A stretch of 64,000 nucleotides of DNA from a virus (Duplodnaviria > Heunggongvirae > Uroviricota > Caudoviricetes), in the IMG/VR virus record IMGVR_UViG_3300020714_000006, one strand, 5' to 3'. Shown piece by piece: positions 47,836 to 58,539 of the stretch (positions are counted from its first letter, which is position 1; each line of letters opens with the position of its first letter). The translations under genes were made by a program, and so were the position numbers. The notes beneath the pieces were generated by a model. The model searched no databases. It saw only the letters and a list, made by a program, of their open reading frames with translations, and had not been told where the DNA came from.

Positions 47836-50118
47836 ATGGTAGAACCAAGCAAAGAATTAGAAGAAGTATTTAGCAACGCGGCTGATGCTGCTAAAAAACT
47901 AAATCATGAATATGTAACAATTGAACACGTATTGTTTTCAATGTTATCAAACCAAAATTTTGTTGATTGTATTAATGGGTTTGGCGCAGATGCATCTAAA
48001 TTACGTAAAACTATTTCTGACCATTTGACAACTAAATGTCAAGATATTACATCAACTGATACTGTTATTCATCCTAAAAAAACAGCATCATTTGAAAGAA
48101 TGATGAATAAAGCATTCACACAAGTTATTTTTAACAATAGACAAATTGTTGAAATTTCCGATGCATTTCTAATGTTGTTAAATGAAAAACGTAGTTGGGC
48201 ATATTTCTATATCACACAAGCAAATATAGAAAAAGAAAAGTTTGCTGATTATTTATCTACAACAATTGAAACAAATGATGCTCCTGCTGATTCACAAGAT
48301 CCACGCTCAGTAAAAGCACTACAATCATACACTACTGATTTAAATGTTCAGGTTAAGAAGAATAAAGTTGATCCTGTTATTGGACGAGTTGATGAATTAG
48401 AAAATATTTCATTGGCACTGGGTCGTCGTAGCAAAAATAATGTTATATTAGTTGGTGATCCAGGTGTAGGTAAAACTGCAATCGCAGAAGGTTTGGCATA
48501 TAACATTGTAAATGGTGCTGTTCCAGATTTCTTAAAAGATTATACTGTATTTAATCTTGATATTTCCGCTATGTTAGCTGGATCAAAATATCGTGGTGAT
48601 TTTGAAGAACGTTTTAAACAAGTATTAAAAGCATTAGAAAAGAAAGGCAAAACTGTTCTATTTATTGACGAAGCACACATGATCAGTGGTGCTGGTGCTG
48701 CCAATAATTCAGCAAATGATTTATCTAATATGATGAAACCAGCGTTAAGTAAAGGTAATATCAAAGTTATTGCTAGTACTACTTGGGAAGAATATCGTAA
48801 ACACTTTGAAAAAGACCGTGCTTTAATGCGTCGTTTCCAAAGAATTACAGTAGATGAACCTACTCAGGAAATGACTTTTAAAATTTTAAAAGGCATTAAA
48901 AAGTATTATGAAAAACATCATGATGTAAAAATTAAAGATGATGCTTTACAAGCTGCTATTAAATTGTCAGTAAAATATCAAGCTGATAAAAAATTGCCAG
49001 ATAAAGCTATTGATTTGATTGATTGTGCTTGTTCACGTTTTAATTTAAAATTAGCTGATACTAGAATCGTATCTGAAAAAGAAATTCAGTTTGAATTGGC
49101 TAAAATGGTTAATCTTCCAGAAGAACAAGTAATGGAAACAGAGAGTAATACACTATCTTCATTACAAGAAAAATTGGAAGAAGAAGTATATGGTCAAGAT
49201 ACTGCATTGACTGAAGTTGTTGATAAAATCTTAGTAGCACAAGCTGGATTAAAACCAGAAAATAAACCTATTGGTTCATTTGTATTTATGGGTCCAACTG
49301 GATGTGGTAAAACTGAAACTGCTAAAGCATTAGCTAAACATTTAGGTTCTACATTAATTAGATTTGATATGTCAGAATATCAAGAGAAACATAGTATCAG
49401 TAAATTGATCGGTAGTCCTCCAGGATATGTTGGATTTGAAGAAAATTCTGGATTATTGATTACGCAAATTCAAGAGCATCCTAATGCAGTATTATTATTG
49501 GATGAGATTGAAAAAGCACATCCAGATGTAATGACAGTGTTATTACAAGTTATGGATAATGGTTTTGTAACTGGTTCCAATGGTAAACGTGCAGATTGTC
49601 GTAACCTAGTGTTGATATTAACAACAAATGCTGGTGCACAAACATCTGAAAAGAATAATATTGGATTTGGTACTCAAGAAAAAGCATATAATGATGTTGA
49701 TTTGAAAAAATTCTTGACACCAGAATTCCGTAATCGTTTAGATGGAATTATTACGTTTAATAAACTTGGTAAAGAAACAATGGTTAAAGTTGTTAATAAA
49801 TTCATCGATGAAGTTCGTGACCAAGTTAAAGAAAAAGCAATTCGTATCAAAGTTACCAAAGAAGCTGTTAATTGGTTAGTTGATAAAGGGTTTGACCCAA
49901 AAATGGGTGCTAGACCATTACATCGAGTAATCGATAAAGAAATTAAACGTGATTTAGCTAAAATGATGCTATTTGGTGAATTGAAAAATGGCGGTATGTT
50001 GACAATTGGTATCGATGATGATAAAATTGTTTTAACTTCAAAGGCTAAAACACCAAAAGTAGCAAAAACTGCACCTAATTTGCCTATTGTAGAAGAAATA
50101 GAAGAAGAATTGGTGTAA
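47836..50118 (+). CDS. clpA: ClpA/ClpB-family AAA+ ATPase
   Basis: GDPGVGKT, GPTGCGKT, LIGSPPGYVG, IGF loop, MGARPL. Confidence 0.88.
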   Translation: MVEPSKELEEVFSNAADAAKKLNHEYVTIEHVLFSMLSNQNFVDCINGFGADASKLRKTISDHLTTKCQDITSTDTVIHPKKTASFERMMNKAFTQVIFNNRQIVEISDAFLMLLNEKRSWAYFYITQANIEKEKFADYLSTTIETNDAPADSQDPRSVKALQSYTTDLNVQVKKNKVDPVIGRVDELENISLALGRRSKNNVILVGDPGVGKTAIAEGLAYNIVNGAVPDFLKDYTVFNLDISAMLAGSKYRGDFEERFKQVLKALEKKGKTVLFIDEAHMISGAGAANNSANDLSNMMKPALSKGNIKVIASTTWEEYRKHFEKDRALMRRFQRITVDEPTQEMTFKILKGIKKYYEKHHDVKIKDDALQAAIKLSVKYQADKKLPDKAIDLIDCACSRFNLKLADTRIVSEKEIQFELAKMVNLPEEQVMETESNTLSSLQEKLEEEVYGQDTALTEVVDKILVAQAGLKPENKPIGSFVFMGPTGCGKTETAKALAKHLGSTLIRFDMSEYQEKHSISKLIGSPPGYVGFEENSGLLITQIQEHPNAVLLLDEIEKAHPDVMTVLLQVMDNGFVTGSNGKRADCRNLVLILTTNAGAQTSEKNNIGFGTQEKAYNDVDLKKFLTPEFRNRLDGIITFNKLGKETMVKVVNKFIDEVRDQVKEKAIRIKVTKEAVNWLVDKGFDPKMGARPLHRVIDKEIKRDLAKMMLFGELKNGGMLTIGIDDDKIVLTSKAKTPKVAKTAPNLPIVEEIEEELV

Positions 50119-50175
50119 AACATAAAATTAAGCCCAGTTAATGGATAAATACATATTATTAACTGGGCTTAAACT

Positions 50176-50550
50176 ATGCGTATTATAGAACTATTAGAAG
50201 GTAAACACTTCGACAATTTACAATTTGTTAAAAAAATCAATGATGACGGAGAAAGTGAAATAGATTTTGACTTGGCCGAAGATTTGATATTTTTCATGCA
50301 TAACAACGATGATGCATATCGTAAACATATGCATAAAAATATTGCAAAATGTATGGAAGCAATTAAAAACAAAAAAACTGTTAAACAAGACATTTTTAAA
50401 CCTGCAATACAAGAATGTTATAAAATGTACTTAAAAGAATTTCCAATTCGTGAATTGCCAGACACATTAGATGAGAAATTATGTAATGAAGTATGTGAAA
50501 AGATGCATGAAGAGGTTTGTAAACATATAAAAGACGGTAAATATGACTAA
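50176..50550 (+). CDS. hypothetical late protein
   Basis: MRIIELLE start after a TAAATA motif inside a hairpin. Confidence 0.55.
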   Translation: MRIIELLEGKHFDNLQFVKKINDDGESEIDFDLAEDLIFFMHNNDDAYRKHMHKNIAKCMEAIKNKKTVKQDIFKPAIQECYKMYLKEFPIRELPDTLDEKLCNEVCEKMHEEVCKHIKDGKYD

Positions 50551-51191
50551 TGAGTGGAAATGCAATTTCAAATGCTAAACCAATAAAACATCAAGATTAT
50601 AAAACTTTATTAAACACATTAAAATCAATATTACCACACGGATTAACATTATATCCATATGGTAGTGCTGGAAAAAAAGATATCAGCGGAGATGCAGACT
50701 TTTTCATCGATGCTGATGATCTTTTATCAATATTCCCATCAAAAGACCTATCAGAAAGTAGAAAAACACTACAACACTACTTTATCTATAAAAATTATGA
50801 ATCAACTCGCACTGGTAATAGTGTTCATGTTGGTATACCAATAAATAACCAAATTGTTCAAGTAGATTTGACAACAATTGAAAATGCTGCTAAAATAGCA
50901 TACTTACATGATCACGTTTATGACAATAACGAGGTAAAAGGTAAGACTATTGTTAGTATCTGGTGTGATTTAGCAAATCTTACATCATCCAACCTAATGA
51001 TTAGCCCTTATAAAGGCTTATTAACTCGTGATACAAAAGAACTCATTACAAACGACCCATATGAGATAGCTAAAATCATTATTGGCCATAATGCCACTGA
51101 ATATGACATGAGATCTCCTAAAAGATTGTTAAATGCAGTGTCAAACGATGATATTAAATTTCAATACATAAAAAATACATATAATATATGA
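50550..51191 (+). CDS. putative nucleotidyltransferase (Pol beta-like motif)
   Basis: GSAGKK..SGDAD...VQVD. Confidence 0.5.
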   Translation: MSGNAISNAKPIKHQDYKTLLNTLKSILPHGLTLYPYGSAGKKDISGDADFFIDADDLLSIFPSKDLSESRKTLQHYFIYKNYESTRTGNSVHVGIPINNQIVQVDLTTIENAAKIAYLHDHVYDNNEVKGKTIVSIWCDLANLTSSNLMISPYKGLLTRDTKELITNDPYEIAKIIIGHNATEYDMRSPKRLLNAVSNDDIKFQYIKNTYNI

Positions 51192-52249
51192 AAAAATTTG
51201 GTAGGGCATTCAATCACTTAGAAGATTTGGTATTCTTCTATGGTTCTGAAGGTGTGCGTGAAGCAATTAAACATATTGAAGAAATATGTGAAGATTCTAG
51301 TTCTGTTAGAATGAAATGGGATGGTGGATTACAAATATACTGGGGACGTGAATATGTTAACGGTCCTTTAATATTAACAGGTCATAATGGCTGGGCACGT
51401 GGCAGTAAATCAACTACTCCTGATGAATTATATGATTTTATAGTAAATCAATCAGGAAAAGACAGAGAAAATGTATCTGAAGAGCGTAAATCGTTTGCTA
51501 ATCATTTTGCAAGTCTATTTCCGCTATTTGATGCAGCCACACCCAGTGATTTTGTTGGTTTTGTGTATGCTGATGCCTTGTATTTGTCTAAACCACCCAT
51601 AGTTGGTGATGAATACAACTTTTATCCCAATCATACTGGTTATATGGTACATAAAGATACTAATTTAGGTAACCGTATTGCTAAATCTGACATATTATTG
51701 GTTGGTCATGCATATTTTGAGGCATTTGGACTTAAAGATGATTATCAGATACCATTAGACAACTTTGATCTATTCAATAATATCGATGAAATAATTATAT
51801 TAAACCCATATTACTCAAAAATAGACGTAAATGTTGATTTAAGAAAAGTAAAACTTATGAATTATCATCATGCAAACTATATAGATAGGTTTATAACCCC
51901 AATTGATGGTGTTAGTGGATTTCGTGATTATATTTACAAATGGGTAAACTACACAATAAAGACACAATCTATTACCTCATTTGACCATTGGGTTAAAAGA
52001 CAAAGTTTTATAAGTGTACACCAACAAAACAAGATACAACAACGAATATTTGATGAACGTAGTGGATATAATGCAATAGTTTCATTAATTTCTCATATAC
52101 GGTTTCTTAAAAATCGCATAATAGACCAACTTGAACAAAATGACTGTGAAGTTAAGGCATATAATCCAGAAGGTTGGGTAAGATATGCAGATGATACCAA
52201 ACAATTTGGAAATATTAAACTTGTACCGAGAGATAAATGGATACCATAG
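51188..52249 (+). CDS. ligase-like nucleotidyltransferase-fold hypothetical protein
   Basis: HLEDL, KWDG (motif I-like), EGWV, KLV.R. Confidence 0.5.
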   Translation: MKKFGRAFNHLEDLVFFYGSEGVREAIKHIEEICEDSSSVRMKWDGGLQIYWGREYVNGPLILTGHNGWARGSKSTTPDELYDFIVNQSGKDRENVSEERKSFANHFASLFPLFDAATPSDFVGFVYADALYLSKPPIVGDEYNFYPNHTGYMVHKDTNLGNRIAKSDILLVGHAYFEAFGLKDDYQIPLDNFDLFNNIDEIIILNPYYSKIDVNVDLRKVKLMNYHHANYIDRFITPIDGVSGFRDYIYKWVNYTIKTQSITSFDHWVKRQSFISVHQQNKIQQRIFDERSGYNAIVSLISHIRFLKNRIIDQLEQNDCEVKAYNPEGWVRYADDTKQFGNIKLVPRDKWIP

Positions 52250-52767
52250 GAATTTCATACGGCAGATTTAACCCACCACATAAAGGGCACGCAGCAGTTT
52301 GGGAACAGGCTGCAAAGTGTGACCAATTTTACATTGGAACTAATCCAAACACAAATGGAAAGAATGATCCAATACCATATGATATTAAAATCCATTTAAT
52401 GGGTTTAATATGTCCAATTATAAAAAATAATATCATTGCAGAACAAAATTTATTCACGTTAGTAACACATATATACAATATACACGGTGAAAATAACGAA
52501 TTACGTGTTTTTACTGACGAGCAATGGTTATTTGATGCATTAATAAAATACAATGGTATCCAAAATACACACGGTTATTATAAATTCAAAAATATCCTTA
52601 ATATTCAAACAGATAGACTATGTTCATCTACATCTTTAAGAAATGCTGTTAAAGAAGGTAATAAATTTTTATTTTATGAAGTATCAGGAATCCCGGAAGA
52701 TACTGAAATAACGATAAATAATAGAATATATAAATTCTTTGATATAATGGAGGAATTTATAATCTAG
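52237..52767 (+). CDS. cytidylyltransferase-like (HxGH) protein
   Basis: GRFNPPHKGH, SSTSLR. Confidence 0.7.
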   Translation: MDTIGISYGRFNPPHKGHAAVWEQAAKCDQFYIGTNPNTNGKNDPIPYDIKIHLMGLICPIIKNNIIAEQNLFTLVTHIYNIHGENNELRVFTDEQWLFDALIKYNGIQNTHGYYKFKNILNIQTDRLCSSTSLRNAVKEGNKFLFYEVSGIPEDTEITINNRIYKFFDIMEEFII

Positions 52768-52781
52768 TTAAGGATAACAAT

Positions 52782-53726
52782 ATGAGTAAAAAAGAAAGTT
52801 TAAATCCAAAAGACCTTTTAGAAGGATTACATAGCATTCTTAAAAATAATGGCGAACGCTTAGATGAGAAAGCAGTTTCTAAAAATCAACAACAATTCAT
52901 GGGAATGGTTCATGCAGCTCAGAAAGGTAAAAAAGCTGCTAGTCCAGAAGTTGCAAAAGTTGCAAAGTCAATGGGTAAGAAAGATGTAACAGATTTTGCC
53001 AAAACTAAACATAAAGGTCTTCCTGAAAAAATTAAAAAAGAAGATATGATAGCAGATGAAGAATTATCAATGTTTTCTAGACATAGTGTAGGTAAACGGT
53101 CTGGTGCAGGTCAAGTAGATAATCCTTGGAATCATTTACACAAAAAAGGTAGAGGTTTCAAAGGTCGTACACGAAAAGGTGTCAAAGAAGAATGTGGTGG
53201 AGTTGGGATTGTTGATAAACAAAATTCAACACACGATGTTGGCCCAGGAACACTTCAAAAGAATCTTTCTGCATTTAGTTTAGAAGAAGCTATGATAGAT
53301 ATGTATAATATTATGATACGTGAAGGAAAGGTTAAACCAGATTATTTATATAAACAACTGATGGAAACAGATATACATGCTAATCCTAATGAAATACCAA
53401 CTGATCAAGTAAAATCGTTCAAAGGTGCAGTTAGTATGCCTGGGATTAGTCAAAACAAATCAAATGGTAATGCATATACACAATATAGATTTGGCATAGC
53501 ATTGGCTGGAGCACCAGATTTTCCAACAAAGGCTGCTGGTGCATTTGCCGGAGATCCATTATTAGCTACATATACTGATGAAGAATTAGAAATGGTAAAT
53601 TGTGCTGCTAAAATGGTTGGAGCTGGTCCAGTAAAAAAATTAGGAAACAATCGTAGTACTGAACTTGATAATACCAATACACAAAGTGTTATTGGTCAAG
53701 CAAAGAAAAACAAATACGGTGTTTAA
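52782..53726 (+). CDS. hypothetical late protein (DUF3008-like segment)
   Basis: KAVSKNQQQFMG...DFAKTKHKGLPEK. Confidence 0.55.
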   Translation: MSKKESLNPKDLLEGLHSILKNNGERLDEKAVSKNQQQFMGMVHAAQKGKKAASPEVAKVAKSMGKKDVTDFAKTKHKGLPEKIKKEDMIADEELSMFSRHSVGKRSGAGQVDNPWNHLHKKGRGFKGRTRKGVKEECGGVGIVDKQNSTHDVGPGTLQKNLSAFSLEEAMIDMYNIMIREGKVKPDYLYKQLMETDIHANPNEIPTDQVKSFKGAVSMPGISQNKSNGNAYTQYRFGIALAGAPDFPTKAAGAFAGDPLLATYTDEELEMVNCAAKMVGAGPVKKLGNNRSTELDNTNTQSVIGQAKKNKYGV

Positions 53727-53727
53727 A

Positions 53728-53982
53728 ATGAAACAGTATCGTATAACAACCGCTGATTTTGCACCTCCAAGTGAAGATGATTGCTATTTAGCTCCAGATG
53801 ATCCTATTCATGAACTTAAAGCAGTTGCACAACTGGGTGGATTAGGTGGTGAAGCAGCATTAGCTCAATATAGACAACTGCAACTACCATCTATTGCTGG
53901 AAGTGATAAAGGTAGAATAGCAAGAGAACAAAATATTAAATCAGGAACACCAGAATGGTTTGAACACTTTTTTACTAAATAA
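53728..53982 (+). CDS. hypothetical protein
   Basis: in-frame ATG 53728; GTPEWF motif. Confidence 0.5.
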   Translation: MKQYRITTADFAPPSEDDCYLAPDDPIHELKAVAQLGGLGGEAALAQYRQLQLPSIAGSDKGRIAREQNIKSGTPEWFEHFFTK

Positions 53983-54042
53983 AGATGCAGATCACGATAC
54001 TGTAATATCTATCTGCTTTAACATCTTTATGGAGATATCAAC

Positions 54043-54765
54043 ATGGATATTTATAATAATTTAGTAAAAGACAAATTTGAACCAACATGGCTATATATTA
54101 AACAACATAATATAACAGGATTAAAATATTTTGGAAGAACTACTAGCAAAGATCCGACAAAATACAAAGGTTCTGGTAAATGGTGGACACGCCATATAAA
54201 AATATATGGTAACGATGTTACTACAATATGGTATCATCTATATACAGAAAAACACGTTATACAAGAAGAAGCAACTGCTTTTTCGGTAAGTCATAATATA
54301 GTAGAATCTAAAGAATGGGCAAATCTAATGATTGAAGATGGTATCAATGGTAGCGTAAAAGGACATTATCGTGGTGAAGTTACTGCTGAAACTAGAAAAA
54401 AACTTTCAGATGCTGCAAAAAGAAGAAAAATAACTTCAATGAGTGGAAAGAAACATTCAGAAGAAACAAAGGAAAAAATTAGACAAGCAATAAAGAACAA
54501 CGGATGTAGATCAGAAATTACAAAATTAAAATTATCGATTGCAAATACTGGTAAGAACTTATCAGAAGAAACTAAGAAGAAAATAAGTCAAGCGTTACAA
54601 GGTAGAAAATGCCCCAAATCAGAAGAACATAGACGTAAAATTTCAGAAACATTAAAACGTAGAAATGCTGATAGAAAAAATGATATTTTTGATGAACCTC
54701 AATCTAATGAAATAAAACATAAAATATTATTAGAAACAAAAATAAATAATGAGAAAAAAATATGA
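54043..54765 (+). CDS. GIY-YIG-type homing endonuclease with NUMOD3 repeats
   Basis: LYIKQH..TGLKYFG.T, YKGSG, HSEETKEKI. Confidence 0.78.
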   Translation: MDIYNNLVKDKFEPTWLYIKQHNITGLKYFGRTTSKDPTKYKGSGKWWTRHIKIYGNDVTTIWYHLYTEKHVIQEEATAFSVSHNIVESKEWANLMIEDGINGSVKGHYRGEVTAETRKKLSDAAKRRKITSMSGKKHSEETKEKIRQAIKNNGCRSEITKLKLSIANTGKNLSEETKKKISQALQGRKCPKSEEHRRKISETLKRRNADRKNDIFDEPQSNEIKHKILLETKINNEKKI

Positions 54766-55052
54766 GAATATCAGAGATTATAAATGAAACAGCAACGGCT
54801 GGGGCAACAAGTTCTGCCAATATTGCATCTGTGCCAAATCCAAATATTAGTCCTGGAAAAGCTAGAGGTAAAAAATCTTATACAGGTTCACCAGGGCAGA
54901 GTGGAACTAAAGCACCACCACAACCAACAATTAAGCAACCAAAAGATAAAAATGGTGTTGCCAAGAATGCATTAGATATAAAACATACTAGTTTGTTTGG
55001 TGCACCAATGGAAGAAGATATAATAAGCAGTCCAATTATCAAAAGAAGATAA
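54762..55052 (+). CDS. hypothetical late protein
   Basis: MRISEIINETATAGATSS. Confidence 0.55.
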   Translation: MRISEIINETATAGATSSANIASVPNPNISPGKARGKKSYTGSPGQSGTKAPPQPTIKQPKDKNGVAKNALDIKHTSLFGAPMEEDIISSPIIKRR

Positions 55053-55074
55053 ATATAGGATAACGGAGTTAGAT

Positions 55075-56490
55075 ATGGAAAACGAAATTCAACCTTTAGA
55101 CCCTCAAAATGAACCATCAATGGATGCAACTAATCAACAAGGATTGTTGCCAAATGGTGAAATCGATCATGAAGGTGCTATGGCAAAAGCTGATCTATTT
55201 AAATTAGGTCAATACAGCTACAAATTATTTAAAAAATTAGAAGATGATGATCAACTAGAATCTTGGGTACAAGCTAAAATTACTAAAGCTGCTGATTATA
55301 TTACTAGCGTATATCACTATATGGAATTTGAAATGAAATTCAGTGAATATGGTAAAAAATTAGATGATAGTGATGTTCTTTCAGAAAGTCAGAAGACAGT
55401 AATGAAAAACAAGCTAATGGAAGCTAAATCTAAAATTAGAGATTTAAAACTTGCTGAAGCTAAAAAAACTAATAAAGACCCAGTTGCTAAGAATCTTAAC
55501 AAATTCAATGTTCCTAAAGTTGAAGATGACAAGAAGAAAAAAGAAAAATCAGGTTATAACAAACATAAAAACAAAGATATGCAGTTAGATGAACTAGGCA
55601 AACAAACTATTAATAATTATACGAAGGGAGCGCTTGATGCTTATTCAACAGCTCTTACTCGTGATGCACAACGAGGAGCAGGTAAAAAGTTTAGAAAAGG
55701 TCCTGATTCTGATAAGGATCTTTCAACAATAAACAAAAGAAAAAAAGGATTGCTTAGAGTAACTGGTGAGCATCCAAATGATATGAAAAATCTTAATGAT
55801 TTGACGACTAATTCATCTGCAATTGCAACAGCCAATAAACAAGATATTCCAAACCTAAATCGCGACATAAAAACGGATAAGGCTAGAATACTGACCAGAT
55901 CAAGAGGAACCAGGGTTTCTGGTGACATGTACGAGGCAGGCACACCAAGTGCTGGATTATCAAAAGCTACAAAATCAGCAGTTGTTAAAAAAGCTGAGAA
56001 AGGCGGCGATATTGGTAAACCAGGTAAAAACTTTGAAAAAGTAGCCAAAAAAGCTGGCGGTGGTGAAAAAGGTAAGAGAATTGCAGCAGCCGCAATGTGG
56101 AAAAACATTAAAGAAAATACTGAAATGGCATTTGGAGAAGGTGTTTACGAAGAAGACCAACAGTTAGATGAATTAAATCTTAATCCATGGTCAAAAACTA
56201 AAGATGAAGAACCAAAACGTAGACATACAAAAAAAAATTACAAGGCAGTTGATGCTAGGTTACAAGCTAAAAAAGAGAAAGCAGCAGAAAAACTCGCCGA
56301 TGCTGATGAAAGAGCATTTACCGATCCTAGCGCTGATGATGAAGTATCAAATCAAGCAAAAAAAATTCAGTCTTATGACAAATTACAAAAACGTGCAGCG
56401 GAACATGCCAAAAAAGCAAAATATGAAGATCTAAATGAATCAGCTGATTTAGAACGTATGAAAGAGTTCTTGACTCGCTTAAACGGATAA
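55075..56490 (+). CDS. hypothetical charged protein, likely virion internal
   Basis: modular, repeated QLDE boundaries. Confidence 0.55.
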   Translation: MENEIQPLDPQNEPSMDATNQQGLLPNGEIDHEGAMAKADLFKLGQYSYKLFKKLEDDDQLESWVQAKITKAADYITSVYHYMEFEMKFSEYGKKLDDSDVLSESQKTVMKNKLMEAKSKIRDLKLAEAKKTNKDPVAKNLNKFNVPKVEDDKKKKEKSGYNKHKNKDMQLDELGKQTINNYTKGALDAYSTALTRDAQRGAGKKFRKGPDSDKDLSTINKRKKGLLRVTGEHPNDMKNLNDLTTNSSAIATANKQDIPNLNRDIKTDKARILTRSRGTRVSGDMYEAGTPSAGLSKATKSAVVKKAEKGGDIGKPGKNFEKVAKKAGGGEKGKRIAAAAMWKNIKENTEMAFGEGVYEEDQQLDELNLNPWSKTKDEEPKRRHTKKNYKAVDARLQAKKEKAAEKLADADERAFTDPSADDEVSNQAKKIQSYDKLQKRAAEHAKKAKYEDLNESADLERMKEFLTRLNG

Positions 56491-56494
56491 GTCT

Positions 56495-57205
56495 ATGGAT
56501 ATGAAAAAAATTTTACAGGCACTAGATGGTGCTTCATCAATGCCTGTAGAAGGTTCAAATGATATGAAGAAATTTATGTCTATAATCAATGAGGGTGCAA
56601 ACCCTCATAAGGTTGCACTTCCTGTACAAATGGCTATGCAACACTATTCTGAACCTGTCATAAAAGAAAAACCTACACCATCACTGTTTAAACAATATTT
56701 TGCAGAAGCAGAAGAATCTATTCAGAAAGAAAAAGTTGAAAAACGTCAACTAATGAACCAATATGCAAAAATAATTGCAGAGAGGGTTCAGATGAAAGAA
56801 AACTTTAATCGTCTTGCTAGTCCAAATCCTGGATTTAAACCAGGTGCTGGGCCTGGATTACAATCTAATTTACCAAATGGTGGACATCTTAGTTTAGACG
56901 AAGAACCATATGAAAATAAACCAGATGTTATTAAATTAGATATTCCATTAATAATTAGATTGTTTGAATATGCACGTGAAGATGCTAAAACAGATATGGA
57001 TTTACATAATGTAACTGAAATGTTAATTCAATTAAGTGAACATGGTGATACATTGACAATGGATAACTATGATCAAATAGTTGGTGAACAAAAACTATTA
57101 CCAGAACCAACAAATGAATCATGTTGGAAAGATTACAAACAAATAGGAATGAAAAAGAAAGGTAACAAAACCGTGCCTAATTGTGTTCCTAAGGGTAAGA
57201 AATGA
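56495..57205 (+). CDS. hypothetical protein, likely virion internal
   Basis: C-terminal CWKDYKQIGMKKK....VPNCVP module. Confidence 0.55.
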   Translation: MDMKKILQALDGASSMPVEGSNDMKKFMSIINEGANPHKVALPVQMAMQHYSEPVIKEKPTPSLFKQYFAEAEESIQKEKVEKRQLMNQYAKIIAERVQMKENFNRLASPNPGFKPGAGPGLQSNLPNGGHLSLDEEPYENKPDVIKLDIPLIIRLFEYAREDAKTDMDLHNVTEMLIQLSEHGDTLTMDNYDQIVGEQKLLPEPTNESCWKDYKQIGMKKKGNKTVPNCVPKGKK

Positions 57206-57921
57206 AACAAACCAATATCTCAAAAGAATTAATTGAAAGTTTTGGTTATGAATATAATCAACAATTAAATGAATTTAGTTTTACAAACGCTGTTACAAAA
57301 TTAGGTCCTATTGCAAATTATGTATATTTGGTGTGGGAAGCATATACGGAAATAACAAAGTTACCACCATCTTTATCAAAAGAACAATGGAACGAGGCGG
57401 CTACTAGAATTATTGCTAGATTAATTACTGATATTGGGGTATTTTGGGTTGGAACTATATTTGGTGCTATCATAGCTGGCGCTGTTACCGGTGGGCCTGG
57501 TGCAATAATAGGTGCATTGGCAGGTGGATTTGCTTCTCAGTATTATATGGGCGATAAAGCAGAAGAAGTAACTTCAAAAATTCTGGATGCAATATATCCA
57601 GGAAATGATGAAACTAACAATACTGAATATGATAGTTCTGAAGAACAACCCGACAATACTGAATATGATAGTTCTGAAGAACAACCTACTGAATGGCCAA
57701 CTACCGATGCAGAAATTAGAGCATTTCAGGAAAAAAATGGACTAACAGTAGATGGATTGATTGGTAAATATACATATAATGCATTAACAACACAAGCCGG
57801 ATTAACTCCACCTCCTGGGTTTAATTTTGTACCTGATAAAGCAATTGCAAATACTGGTCAATCAGTTTCGGAATCAATTGCACAATTACGTGATATCTTA
57901 GCAACAATCGAAAATAGATAA
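57202..57921 (+). CDS. membrane protein with peptidoglycan-binding domain
   Basis: Gly-zipper TM; FQEKNGLTVDGLIG..T. Confidence 0.6.
   Translation: MKQTNISKELIESFGYEYNQQLNEFSFTNAVTKLGPIANYVYLVWEAYTEITKLPPSLSKEQWNEAATRIIARLITDIGVFWVGTIFGAIIAGAVTGGPGAIIGALAGGFASQYYMGDKAEEVTSKILDAIYPGNDETNNTEYDSSEEQPDNTEYDSSEEQPTEWPTTDAEIRAFQEKNGLTVDGLIGKYTYNALTTQAGLTPPPGFNFVPDKAIANTGQSVSESIAQLRDILATIENR
57617..57686 (+). repeat. 36-nt tandem repeat (NTEYDSSEEQP x2)
   Basis: direct sequence duplication in frame. Confidence 0.85.
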
Positions 57922-58026
57922 TATCAATACGTGGTGGATTTATTCCACCACAATCTTTTAATCCTTGACAAATACGTCAAAATATAATATAATATACTTT
58001 TACAACAAACTTAATAAGGAAATAAT

Positions 58027-58281
58027 ATGAGTCGTGCATACGGGCCTGAAGAGGCAAGAAAATTAGAATCATTAATTAAAGAAGGCGGTACAGTAATGCG
58101 TGAAATTGATGATTTACGAGAAAGTTTAAAAGAAACTGTGAAAGCAGTTGCCGAAGAACTGCAAGTAAAACCAGCAGTCATTAATAAAGCTATTAAAATA
58201 GCATATAAAGGTGATTGGTTAAATCACAATGAAGATTGGGAAGAAGTAGAAGCTATTTTAGATATAACTAAAAATATCTAA
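58027..58281 (+). CDS. small dsDNA-binding-like protein (T4 DsbA/GapR-like)
   Basis: helical, LKE.VK..AEEL..KP..INKAIK; sigma70 promoter upstream. Confidence 0.5.
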   Translation: MSRAYGPEEARKLESLIKEGGTVMREIDDLRESLKETVKAVAEELQVKPAVINKAIKIAYKGDWLNHNEDWEEVEAILDITKNI

Positions 58282-58368
58282 CAAATAACTTTATTGGAAA
58301 GGTAGGCAGGGCCATACTCCGCACATTTTGGTAATTATGAGCCGGAAATCATAAATGGAAAATATAAT

Positions 58369-58539
58369 ATGGAAATTAATAACGATGCAGATTTCAAAAT
58401 CTGCAGCGATTGCCCTAGCTTGCATGATTGTGAAGTATATGGTAGTTGTAAAGTAAAAGAAATGATAACACAAGATGTTGAAACATTGACTGCTTGGATA
58501 AACGACCATAAAGTGGATCGTAATCGAGGTGAGTTATGA
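58369..58539 (+). CDS. small four-Cys protein coupled to polB
   Basis: hand-translated 56 aa with CSDC....C.....C; ATGA overlap. Confidence 0.45.
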   Translation: MEINNDADFKICSDCPSLHDCEVYGSCKVKEMITQDVETLTAWINDHKVDRNRGEL

